Source: a virus (Duplodnaviria; Caudoviricetes). Taken from it: a DNA stretch of 64,000 nucleotides. Position 1 is the stretch's first letter. Every line of letters starts with the position of its first letter. The notes beneath the pieces are model-generated. The model was not told the DNA's origin. It saw only the letters and a list, made by a program, of their open reading frames with translations, and searched no databases. The translations under genes and the position numbers were made by a program. Where the stretch lies: IMG/VR virus record IMGVR_UViG_3300037067_027602, positions 32,001 through 96,000 of that record. One strand, given 5' to 3'. Positions 37,484 through 48,300 of the stretch are shown here, one piece after another.

Positions 37484-37873
37484 TCACCACGGCTTCTGGC
37501 GCGGGCCGGTGGGGGCCCAGGTGGCGAAGGCGAAGCCGCCCTCCTCCGGCCGTGTGTGGCAATGCTGGCCGCGGACGCCAGCTATCGCGCCGCCGTCGTA
37601 GTCGGAGGTGTGGTGGTGGAGGTTGTAGCCCTCGGTGGCGGTGGCCGGGACTTCGATCTTCGACCCCCTGGTCATCTTGTTGTAGCCGACGACCGCCTGG
37701 ACGTCGTTCCAGGCGATGGACGGCTGCCGCCCGTCGTGCTGGTGCATCATGGAAAGCAGCATGTGGTAATGCTGGGCGGCCGTCTCGTCGTCGTCGCCGT
37801 TGACGGAGCGGATCAGCTGTGCGATATTCGTCGCCAAGGCCTCTGCGGTCAACCTGACCAGTTTGTCCTCCAT
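37484..37873 (-). CDS. His-rich small protein, possible metal-tipped tail spike
   Basis: HHH and HCH followed by GG-x-A repeats at the C-terminus; located between the hub and lysozyme genes. Confidence 0.5.
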   Translation of the reverse strand: MEDKLVRLTAEALATNIAQLIRSVNGDDDETAAQHYHMLLSMMHQHDGRQPSIAWNDVQAVVGYNKMTRGSKIEVPATATEGYNLHHHTSDYDGGAIAGVRGQHCHTRPEEGGFAFATWAPTGPRQKPW

Positions 37874-37882
37874 CGCAGCCTC

Positions 37883-40819
37883 CTAATATATGGTTCCAGG
37901 GTCGGTGCCGCCAGACCCCTTTGATTTAACCTTGTTTCCTGCCAACGGCACATACCCCCTCCAGGAATCGTACTTGGGGCGGAGTATCTTCATCTCCATG
38001 GTCCGGGAATAATCCTTCTCCGACTCCCTTTTGTCGCCAACCCGGAGCTCCTCCGTGGTCAATTCCAGCGATGTCATGAACCCGTCGGAGAAGCTATGCT
38101 CCACTTTCACCACGCAAGCCTTCCTGCCGTCCGGAAACTCCACGTAGCCCATGCCCTCGTCAAGGCCGTAGACCATGCCCTTCAAAGTGAGGTCGCCGGA
38201 TATCTGGATGTCGTTCCTTCGCTCCAGCTCCCTGGCCGCCTTACACGCCAGTTTATAGCGGTCGTCGCGGTGGATCCACTTGAAAGGTTTGATAAACGTG
38301 TCCGGGCGCATCACGATCTCGCCGGACACCCCGAGGACGTTGGCCTCGGACTGGCGGAGCCCCTCCGACACCGCGATCTCCCCGAAAGGATGTATGTAGC
38401 CAGCCTCCGACCTCAGCTTGTATCCGTCCGCCTCCCATGAGTCGGAGGCCCCGGACGGGGTCGGGATGGCCTTGTAGTCGGCCGGATGCACCTGCCATCG
38501 GTGGTCGTCGATGGTCTCGCCCTTGATCACGGGCCTCCCGACGAACTCGTTCGCCCCGGAGTATATTTTCGACACCTCCACGACGGGACGCCCGGAGTCT
38601 ATCCGGAACGCCGCCCTGTAGGAGCTGAAATCCTGCGTTCCGCTGGGGAAGATGGTGGCGACGCCAGTTTTCAGGGTGTCGTCCCTGTACGCCGGGCGGT
38701 TGAAATAGCAGGTCACCCAAGCCCGGGGAGGCCTCCAAAAACACAGCGTGTCGCCGGAGATCTTGATACCGTCGCCGCTTTTGTCATATACGGTGGAGTC
38801 CCCTTCGGTGCTATTTTGGACCAAGTAGAACTTGCCGCTTCCCGCCGGCTTCTCAACCTCCTTCACGGCCTTGAAGTCTTTGGCGCAAAGAACGCCCATC
38901 CTGTCGGGGAACATGACATTCCCCCTCTTGTGGTCGATGGTGACGCTGCCAGCCTCCGTGATTTGGGTGTGGAATATCTTTCTGACGCTTTTCTCCTCGT
39001 CCGTGGAGAAAATATCTTTTTTCGTGTCCCCGACAAGGGTCCTGACCTCGGCTAGGGAATGGTGCGGCATCGTCCCGCTGGCGGTCCAGGAGGCGGCGGC
39101 GAACTGCGTGGACTGCTCCACGTGGACACGCGGGCCGTAGGAGTAGTTATATTCCTTGGCGAGCTCGTCCCAGGTTTTCGCCACCCCCGACGCCGCCAGT
39201 TTGGCGTCCTTCAATTTCATCCTGTCCAGCGGGACGTCCATCAAGGAGTCGAGTATGTTCGTCACCTTGAAGTTGGGCTCCATCCCCACCCCCCTGCAGG
39301 CGGGGCAGGTGTTCAGCCAGGGGACGGGGTGCGCCTGGGAGCCAGACCCGCTATAGTCGAAGGGCTCCATCGCGTCTTTGGACATACCTCCGCCGGCGTC
39401 CCTGCTCGCCCCGAAAGAGTCAGACCAGTCGCCCACGATGGCTTTCACGGCGCCTTTCCCCTGGCAATATGGGCATGGCCCGGGGTATGGCATCCAGGCC
39501 TCGTAGAGCAACCCGAAAGCGTTGTCCACAGGAGCCTCGCCGACATCCCTAACAAAACTCTCGCTTCCGGGGAAGGCTTGGTCCAGGGCGGAGAACCCCT
39601 GGTTCTCCTCCCAGCTGCCCGACGCCATGACGCCGCTCGCCCCGTAGGTCCCATCCCTCCACTTGACGACCCTCTCGACCTTTTTCTTCGCCGGGCCATA
39701 TCCTTTCGATGGATCCCAGGACGGATAGAGGGGCATCCCGACGACCCCGCAGAAACCCGTGGGCATTATTCCGTTGTCCGTGGGGATGTACTGGTATCCG
39801 TCCCAGTTCAGCGACGGGACGTATCCCTCACCCTCGCCGGACGGGGGGACGTAGGTCTGGATTCCGGACGCCACATGGAAATGGCCGGAGTACCACTCCA
39901 CGGGGGATCCGTAGACACGGTAGACGGTGGCCAGGTCGGAGACCCGGCGTACGGTGTTGTCGGACATGACGTTCACCTCGTCGGCGTAGGCGGACAAGTC
40001 GCCGCCGTTCAGCTGCGCGGGGAACGAGACGTCGACCTTTGGGCCGCACCCGGACGCCCCTATGGAAAGCCTGGTGATCCGTATTTTGTCGCTCTCGTGG
40101 TCGTACACCATCCTGTAGGAGCCGGCGGACGATATCGTCCTATAGACGGCCTCTCCGAGGGAGATGTTGTCGAAGGTGAGGGACTCGGGGATGTACCCGC
40201 TCAACTCCGGCACCTGGGAGAAATCGATGTCGCCGTACTCGAAAAAAGTATATGGTTTGTATTTTAGGTCGAACTCCAGCGCGGTCACCTCCGCCGAATG
40301 GAACAAATCCTCGACGATCTTCATGACATCCCAGAGCTGGCAGTCCAGGGGGGTGGTGAGGACGTTGGCCTCGTCGAAATTGGGGTGCCCGACGATGTCG
40401 TAATGGTGGTTGTAGGACTTCATCACGCAGATGTCGTCCATCCTCCTTTTCATGTCGGCGCAACGCACCGTGTAGAACGACCCGGAGTCCGATGACCTGT
40501 GCGACTGCTCCTCCACGATGCCGTGGAATATCAGCCTCTCCGGGGACAAGGCCTCGTTGTCCTCGCAATTGGACGGCGGATTTATCCAGACGTCGATCTC
40601 CGACCCTATATCAGGGACGAAACAGCCGCTCGGGGAGGAGCCGGACGGGTCGGGAATGAGGAACATGCACTCCCCCGGGCTCGCGTCGCTCGTCCACACC
40701 ACGCTCTTCAGGTCGGCGAAAACCTCGGTGGGGGACTCGCCCCCGTTCCTCTTCTCGACCCTGACGCCGTAGGTCGTGAGGGAAAGATTAACATCCGTTG
40801 AATTTTTAAGACCCATCAA
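37883..40819 (-). CDS. Baseplate hub/Tal-like tail protein with DnaJ-like CxxCxGxG pair
   Basis: Hub-like N-terminus (LIFHGIVEEQ...YTVRCAD) and C-terminus (VVKVEHSF...TSLEL); CPYCQGKG and CPACRGVG. Confidence 0.65.
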   Translation of the reverse strand: MMGLKNSTDVNLSLTTYGVRVEKRNGGESPTEVFADLKSVVWTSDASPGECMFLIPDPSGSSPSGCFVPDIGSEIDVWINPPSNCEDNEALSPERLIFHGIVEEQSHRSSDSGSFYTVRCADMKRRMDDICVMKSYNHHYDIVGHPNFDEANVLTTPLDCQLWDVMKIVEDLFHSAEVTALEFDLKYKPYTFFEYGDIDFSQVPELSGYIPESLTFDNISLGEAVYRTISSAGSYRMVYDHESDKIRITRLSIGASGCGPKVDVSFPAQLNGGDLSAYADEVNVMSDNTVRRVSDLATVYRVYGSPVEWYSGHFHVASGIQTYVPPSGEGEGYVPSLNWDGYQYIPTDNGIMPTGFCGVVGMPLYPSWDPSKGYGPAKKKVERVVKWRDGTYGASGVMASGSWEENQGFSALDQAFPGSESFVRDVGEAPVDNAFGLLYEAWMPYPGPCPYCQGKGAVKAIVGDWSDSFGASRDAGGGMSKDAMEPFDYSGSGSQAHPVPWLNTCPACRGVGMEPNFKVTNILDSLMDVPLDRMKLKDAKLAASGVAKTWDELAKEYNYSYGPRVHVEQSTQFAAASWTASGTMPHHSLAEVRTLVGDTKKDIFSTDEEKSVRKIFHTQITEAGSVTIDHKRGNVMFPDRMGVLCAKDFKAVKEVEKPAGSGKFYLVQNSTEGDSTVYDKSGDGIKISGDTLCFWRPPRAWVTCYFNRPAYRDDTLKTGVATIFPSGTQDFSSYRAAFRIDSGRPVVEVSKIYSGANEFVGRPVIKGETIDDHRWQVHPADYKAIPTPSGASDSWEADGYKLRSEAGYIHPFGEIAVSEGLRQSEANVLGVSGEIVMRPDTFIKPFKWIHRDDRYKLACKAARELERRNDIQISGDLTLKGMVYGLDEGMGYVEFPDGRKACVVKVEHSFSDGFMTSLELTTEELRVGDKRESEKDYSRTMEMKILRPKYDSWRGYVPLAGNKVKSKGSGGTDPGTIY

Positions 40820-41628
40820 AGCTGCCTCAACTCAAATTTTGCGGTTATCACCCCGGCCGACCTGGACTGCCCGGAGATGTCGGCGTTCTCCACGAGGTAT
40901 CCGGACAGCGGAGTTGCCCCTCCGACGCTAAGGCTGTCCAAGCCGTCGATTCCCAAGCCATAGTAATCCGAGACCCCGCTCGGGAGTATTTCCCCTGACG
41001 CCCCCGGGAACGACGCTTTGAACGACAGAGAGGCTTTCCTCTTCGACCATCCAAGGAACATGTAATGCTCGCCATGCGACGCCGCCATCTTCGAGGTCGA
41101 CAGCACCGGGGCTCTCGCCACTATGGACAGCGTCGGGGAGTCGAGGGACTCCCCGTCCCTGTCGAAAGCCGCCGGCCTGGCCTGGACCGACTCCAGCGTG
41201 GCGGAATACGAGAGATATGACGCCCAGGAGGATTGCCTCGCCTCCAGGCCCAGCGGTTTGGCGTAGCCTTCGGCGCATATCCCGGACGGAAGCCGGACGC
41301 AGGTGGGGTCTGCCGCGGTCCCCCAATTGTCCGGGTCGGCCGGACGTTTCGAGGATGCGGACGCCGAGAACGAATCCTCCAGGGCTTTGAGCTTTGCGTA
41401 CAACGCCTCCATCGCCGCGATGTCCGTCCCGAGCCCGGGGGCCGCCTTGTTACGGGTGAACACCCCGTTCACCGTGATTTCCGTGGCGGACAAATATTCC
41501 GACGCCCCGTCGTAGTCCATGGCCACCGATTGATGGGCGGTGTAATACCCCCATGTCTGGTCATAGGAGGCGTCGTCGGGTATGTCGCCCGGCCTTGCGT
41601 CGGGGATGTTGGCGTAGTCTATTCCCAT
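40816..41628 (-). CDS. Distal tail/tail-associated protein
   Basis: Second gene downstream of the tape measure gene; beta-rich. Confidence 0.55.
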   Translation of the reverse strand: MGIDYANIPDARPGDIPDDASYDQTWGYYTAHQSVAMDYDGASEYLSATEITVNGVFTRNKAAPGLGTDIAAMEALYAKLKALEDSFSASASSKRPADPDNWGTAADPTCVRLPSGICAEGYAKPLGLEARQSSWASYLSYSATLESVQARPAAFDRDGESLDSPTLSIVARAPVLSTSKMAASHGEHYMFLGWSKRKASLSFKASFPGASGEILPSGVSDYYGLGIDGLDSLSVGGATPLSGYLVENADISGQSRSAGVITAKFELRQL

Positions 41629-41644
41629 GTCCTGTTTCCCTTTT

Positions 41645-42361
41645 TCAGATTTTCTGCGGCGGGGCCAGGAACGACACCCTGACGTCGGCGCAAAGGTCCT
41701 CCACCCTCCAGTCCACGGAGCCGTCGGTGATGACCACCTTCTTCAAGGGCAGCGCCGTGGCCGCCTCCGGGACGAAATCTCCCAAATCCTTGACGTGGGG
41801 GGCGTAAATCCCGTCGCGCTGCTCCAACACGTCAAGAATATTTACAACGTCCGGCCATGTTTTCGCCACCGCGACCCCGGTCAGCATGATCCTCGACGAC
41901 GCCACCCCGCCCAACTGGAAATATCCCATGTTGTGAAGCAGCTTGTAGGAGGTGGCCGTGCGCCCCCCGAACGACAGCGACAGCTGGGAGGAGTAGAGCG
42001 TGATCTCCCCGGAGCCGCCGGCGTCCTTCAAAGTGGCGATCCCGAAGCCCATCTCAGCGTCCACCAGGAACGACACGGTGGCCTTCCCGAAAGGCCTCCA
42101 TATGCCGTCCTCGGTGGACACCCCGGTGACGGCGGCCCCCTCGTAGACCCTGTGCGGGAGCTCCAGCGTCCCCAGCCCCCCGTCCCTCTGGGCGGAGCTC
42201 AGGACGTCGAACTCGTACTGGGATCCGGAGATCACCATGGAAACGGTTATCTCCAAGGACGATTTCTTCCCCTCGGGACCGTTCTTGTAGACGTGCTTCA
42301 GGCTATATAGCCCGTTCGGCCAGTTGGCTGATCCCTTGTTGTTGGTGAATTTGAACGCCAT
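41645..42361 (-). CDS. Distal tail-like protein
   Basis: Immediately downstream of the tape measure gene. Confidence 0.55.
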   Translation of the reverse strand: MAFKFTNNKGSANWPNGLYSLKHVYKNGPEGKKSSLEITVSMVISGSQYEFDVLSSAQRDGGLGTLELPHRVYEGAAVTGVSTEDGIWRPFGKATVSFLVDAEMGFGIATLKDAGGSGEITLYSSQLSLSFGGRTATSYKLLHNMGYFQLGGVASSRIMLTGVAVAKTWPDVVNILDVLEQRDGIYAPHVKDLGDFVPEAATALPLKKVVITDGSVDWRVEDLCADVRVSFLAPPQKI

Positions 42362-42362
42362 G

Positions 42363-45300
42363 TCACGCCGCCTTCATGCTGAGCTTCGAGGACACTTTGG
42401 CCCCGTCCTTCAACCCGGAGGCGGAGTTGGCCGCCTTCTGGATGACCTCGATCGCCTTCTTCAGGTTGTCGTCCAGCGTCGGGAACATCGCCAGGAGCTT
42501 GCCCAGGTCGCTGTCCGACGTGATGCTGACATCGACCTTGCCGTCCACCCTGGCGTCCTTCACTGACGGGCTCTTCCGGGCGTCCTTCAACCCCTCGGAG
42601 GCTTCGTCCCCGCCACGCTTCACCACGGGGGCGGACACAATGGCCTCGGCGGGGCCGCCGTCACCTTTTTTCGGGGCGTCGAACATCCCGGCGATACCAT
42701 ATTCGTCGGGGGCTCTGGAGATGTCGTCGGAACCAAGGCTGTCCCCGTAGACGCTGCCCGCGTCGGCCCCGATGATCCGCCCACCGCGTTTCCGGATGTC
42801 CTTTTTGCTTGTGCCCGTGGCGAAATCTATCGCGCGCCTTTCATCCGCAGCCTTCTCGTATACGGTCTTCTCCTTTTTCTCCGTCTGGGAGAGGATCGCC
42901 AGCGTGTCGTCGCCTTTCAGCTCCTCCCCGAAAAACTTCTTCCCGCCCGATCCGGTGATGAGCCCGCCATGTTTGCGGATTCGCCTCTCGGCGTCCGGGG
43001 ATCTCCTCCTCCGCGCCATGGAAGCTTGCCCCAGCTCTTTTTTGGACAAACCGCCTTCATAGATTTCTTCCAGCGAAACCGTTGGTTTTGTTTTTTTGTC
43101 CTTCGGGGCATTTCCCATAATCGGATCGGCGGAGGCCTCTTCCGTCCACGCCTTCAGCTTCTCGCCGGAAGGCAAACCTTTTTTAGCGGCAACCCTGGCG
43201 TCAACCCCCGCCTCCACCTTGGACATCCCCTCGATGGAATCGTCTGACTCGTAAAAAGCCGGGTCGAAATTGATCGCCTTGGGAACCGGCTTTTCCTTGA
43301 CGACGGCGTCCCCCGACTCGCCATCCCTGACTTTTTTGGAGGCGTCGGAGATGGCTTTGTTCAGCAGCTCAACCCTCTCAAGGATTTTATCCTTTCCCCC
43401 CGCCGTCGAGGTCATCCTCCCCATCTTTGCCTTGCCGCCAGTGAGGTTGCTCAGCAGCTCGTTCAGATCCTTCCCATCCGCGACCGACCCGAGGATATCG
43501 AGATTCCCCTCGTTCATGGACATGAATGCGTCGACGTCGATCTTTGGGTCGTCATCCCCCAGCGCGGAGTTCAACGACTCGACGATCTGCTTCACCTTGG
43601 ACGCCACGTCCGCGGAGCCGGACATCTTCCTCCTGGCGGCCTTCATTCCCCTCTCGGTTGACATGGCGTTGGTGTCGGATTTCCTGGAATCGGCGTATTG
43701 TTTGGCGATCTGCTTGAATTTCCCAGGATGTACTGTGGACAAAAATCCGGATGTTATCTCTGCGTTGCCCTCTGCGTCGTCAAGCATCATCGCCACATTA
43801 CCGGCGTCGCCGCCATCCTTTCTTCCCGAGTCGACCATCGTGTCATATGCGCCGAATACGCTCCCGCCAGACAGAGCTGTCGTAAAGTCTCCGGTTGAAG
43901 ACAAAACCTCGGCGGCCAACCCCCCGCCCCCTTTTTTTCTACCTTGGTCGGACCAATAGTCCCCTATGGAAGAAGCCGCCATCCCGGCGACCCCTGCGGC
44001 CGCTCCTACCAATCCCCCTTTTCCAATATTCTTTGGAATAAATTTTCCTGCCATCGAAGCCACTCTGCCAATTCCAGGAAGAGCCCGCGCTCCTCCTGCT
44101 ATCCCGGACAATCCTCTAATGACCTGTGGGGCATATCTCCCCGCCAGAGCCTGCGTCGCCGGATTGGTGGCAAGCTCTATAGCTCCGCTTACTCCAAGAG
44201 GGATCGCATCTGTAATACTTGCCCTGCCATTGGCTATCTTATACGCCAGGCTGGCGCCTTGCGCCCCTAGACCGGCAAGCCTCATAGCCCCGCCAGCCTT
44301 TCCTCCCATCATCAACCCCGCTCCGTAGGCGGTCTCCCCGGCCGCCCCGACGAAAGGCATTGCGTTGTCTGCTGCGGAAGTACTCTCTCCGGCGGCTTCA
44401 CGGCGGCGAGTCTCATTGAGATTGTCTGTAGCACCTTTCCAGGTGTTCGCCGAATAGGCGATCGCCGCGGCTCCGCCGACTTTCTCCATCCAGTTGGAGG
44501 ATCTTATATGATTGGCGGACGTTGTTGGAGGAACGGGGGCCGCAGGAGCGGATGGAAATGACGTAGATGCGGCGGGAACGGCCGGTGGGACGGGACGCTT
44601 AGGACGACGAGCACCGGGGGTTGCGGAGGTAGCTGCAGGAGGGGCGGCCGGTGGGACGGGACGCTTAGGACGACGAGCACCGGGGGTTGCGGAGGTAGCT
44701 GCAGGAGGGGCGGACGGGGGTGGCGCAACCGGTGCTGGCTGATGGGTGGGGGCCGCCGTCCTTTCTGCCTGCAATTTATCATACATCTTCCAGATCTTCT
44801 TATTGGCCTCCCTTCTATCAGAGAACTCTTTGCGTTCGTCCTCCATTGTCAGAAGCCTGGCCGCATCCGCCCTGTATTTAGATCTCCCTCCATTCTTCTT
44901 GTAGACCAGCTCCATCCCCTCTGGAACAGGAGCTGCTACCCTTTCTTTTGGAGTTGGGGTAAATTTATTTAGTTCACGGTTCCTCTTGTAATGAGCAACC
45001 TCCTTTCCTATATCAGAATGGTCAAATTTTGTAGCAAATCCGTTTTCTGGAGAAAAATATTCGTTAATCCCCTTTCTTAAAGCCAGCTCATGCTTGGTCA
45101 GCTCGTTTTGTGGAAGGGTGGTGGCCCTCTCTATGGAGTTGAGCATTTTGTCTTGAATAGGTACAATGTCTCTGGTAGATAAATGCTCAGTCCTTATATT
45201 TTTAACGGCCTTGGCGATAGCGGCGGCGGATCTTTTATTTTTCGAACCACCCACAATATTCGCAGACGCCTTTTTATCAGGGACGGAGTTGGAACCAAGA

Positions 45301-48300
45301 AACTCTTTGAAGTCATCGTCTAAAATCTTCTTATCCCACATGGACATTTCCGAACGCTTGCCGGAAACTTCGGCGTTCGCTATAATGTTTGTGGAAAGCT
45401 CCGCCGCCCTAGTGTATTCTGGACTATAACCATACCAATTTTCCAAACGGCTTCTGGTGGCGGTATTCCTGGCATGAACAAATTCATGCGCAGTTGTTTG
45501 CATTTTGGTGGCATTTGGAAGCCTTTTATCAATCTCTATCCTATGATCTTCTTCATGGTATAGTCCTGCTGCATTCTCTTTTATTTTGGTGAAGTCGAAA
45601 GTCACCGGTTTATCACCCATCATCGGGGTGTCTTTTCTCAGAGTGTCGGCATACTTAAAAACGTCTTCATTTTTGGTATTTCCAAAAACGCTCTTGATAA
45701 AACCATTACCATAGGATGCCCTTTTAGAAGTAACAGGCCCTCCATCGGCAAAACCCGGAAAGCTCTTCATCTCGCTCTTAGCATCACCACCCTGCTTACG
45801 GATCTTCTCCAGCCAGGGAAACAGCTCACTCATCTCCTGGGGCAAGACATACTCGCCCTTATGCACAATTCCGGCTGGTTCGAATTTACCGCCGGCTCCG
45901 GTGAACCCTCCTGCCGAATGCCCTTTGGTGGCCTCGATTGCCTTAACGCTATCGGAGACCTTGGCACCAACGGAGTCGGAGGGCCCGTTCAACGACAGCA
46001 TCTCCTTTACCACGTCGGCGAAACGGAACACGGCGTCGTCGAAGGTCTTGGTGGAGTCCGCCAGCTTGTCGCTAAACTGCTCCTGCGCCATCTTGTCGGC
46101 CAGGCCGCCGACGAGCGGGCTGGTCTTGGCTATGTCCTTGAACTGCTGCAGCGAGAATATCTGGCTGAACTCGTAGCCTTTCTCCCGCAAACCCTGGATC
46201 TGGCTGTATGCGGCCTGCTCCTGGGAGGAGGAGAGGGCGAGGTTCTTCCTCATGGACGGGTCGGAGTCGTCCCTGACGCGGCGGGCGGCGTCGCCCACCT
46301 CCCTCATGGCGGACTCTATCTTCTCCCTGTCCTTCCCCTCCACCCCGCGCTGCCGCATGGCGTACTCGACGCGCTTGGCGAGCTCGTCGGCGTCGGACAT
46401 CCTGGTGGAGTATAGCGACCGCTGGGCGTCGAGGACGTTCGGGGATTTCATCGCCTTGGCGGCGTCCAGCTCCGCCATCTGGCGGCGGCGCTCGGACTGC
46501 GTCATCCCGACGAGGATCGTCTCCAGGCTCTTAGAAACCCTGTCCCTGTCGACCACGGAGGCGTTCCTGCGCTCCTCGAGCTGCCGGTAGTCCTGATCGT
46601 ACTGCGTTTTGTCCGACCCCGTCGCCCCGCGGCGCTTGGCGTCGATCCCCGAGAGCTCCCTGTCAAGGATGTTGATCGCCGCGCTCAGCCGGTCGATCTC
46701 CGACCTCTCCCTGGAGCCGCGGCCGCCGACCACCATGGAGGACGAGGCCATCCTCTCGGCGTCAGACCCGAGGTTGTCCAACACCCGCGAGACGGCGGCC
46801 CCCGAGGTCACCAGCGAATTCGAGGCCTCGGACACCATGTCCAGGACGCCACGGAGGTCGTCCAGGGAGTTCGACCAGCGCTTGATCCCGGCCTCGGCCG
46901 TCTCCAGCTCCTTGTCAAGAATCTCCGCGGACTCCGTCTTGCCCTCTTCCCTCATCTTCATCGCCCTGGAGCGGATGTCCTCCGCCCCGGCCTTGTTGGC
47001 CTCCAGGGCCTCCCGGAAAAACGCCTCCGTCCCCCCCGCGGCGGAAGTGTACCTGGACACCCCGGCGGTTATGGCGCCGCGCCTTGAGGAGATCTGCCTG
47101 TCGATGGCCTCGGCCTGGGCCGCCGTCATCCCCGACCTCGACCCGGAGACGGACGAGGTGGCGAGATGTTTCTGCATCGCCTCCAAAGAAGACGAGGCGA
47201 CCTTCATCCTGGAGGCGATGTCCTTGCCCTCCTTGGTGAAGTCGTTCGCCGAGGTGTTGAACGGCTCGTCCCAATTTTTGACGGCCTTGGGCATCCTGGC
47301 CCCGATCTCGCGCAGGATGGAAGCCACCGCGGCGTCGCCCTTCTTCCCGCCCACCAACGACTCCACGTCGACGTCCGAGCCGATGCTCCTGAGCATCTCG
47401 TTGACCTTCGCGGTGGCCTGCTGCAACGAGGTTATTCCCTCTTCGCCGTTCTCGGCCTCCCTCTGATCCCTGCCCTTGCCCGACTCCCTGGACTGCGCGG
47501 CAGCGTAATCGGCCGCCAAGTCGAACGCCCCCCTCTGCATCACCTGGGTCATCCCCATGGCGAGCTGGCTCGCCTCCAGCGTGGAGGAGAGGCTGCCGCC
47601 CCCGGTGGAGCGCAGGCTCTCGAGATGGGCGACGACGGACTCCAGCTCCTTCGGCCCCACGGCCCCGCCGGACATCGACTTCGACAACGACGAGAACTCC
47701 GGAGTGACCCTTCCAACCGACCCGCCAAGTTTGGTGGTGTATTCCGCCAGCAACCCCAGGCGGGAGACCGCCTTCGCCATGCTGGACTCCGGCCCGAGAG
47801 GCGACTCCGCCTCGACGTCCAGCTTCGCCCCCATCCTCTTGACCAGGCCGGAGCGGGCGTCGGAGATCGCGGAGTACAGGGTCTTCGCCGACCCGAACGC
47901 CAAACGGGCGGCGTCCGCCGGTATCCTGGACGCCCCCTCGGCGATCTCGCCGGTGTGCATGATGAAATCGCCTATGGACTTCAGGGCGGGCTCCGCCTTG
48001 CGGACGCTCTCCTCCGCCCTCCTGACAATCTCGTCTATCGAAGCGCCCCTCTCCATGGAGAACGGGGACAACGTCTGTTTGCCGGTCTTCTCGTCGTACC
48101 CATGGACGGAGAAATTCCTTTTCCCGTCCTCCTCCCCGGTGTAGGTGAGGGAGAACATCTTGTTCGTCTTCTCGAAGGCCTCCCTGGCGTTCTTCGGGGT
48201 CTCCATGGACGATCCTAGGCCGAACGCCCCCGTCGAATACACCTCGAGCATCCTGCGCGAGAAATCCTTGCCCATGATCTCGCGCACTTTTTCGAGGTTC

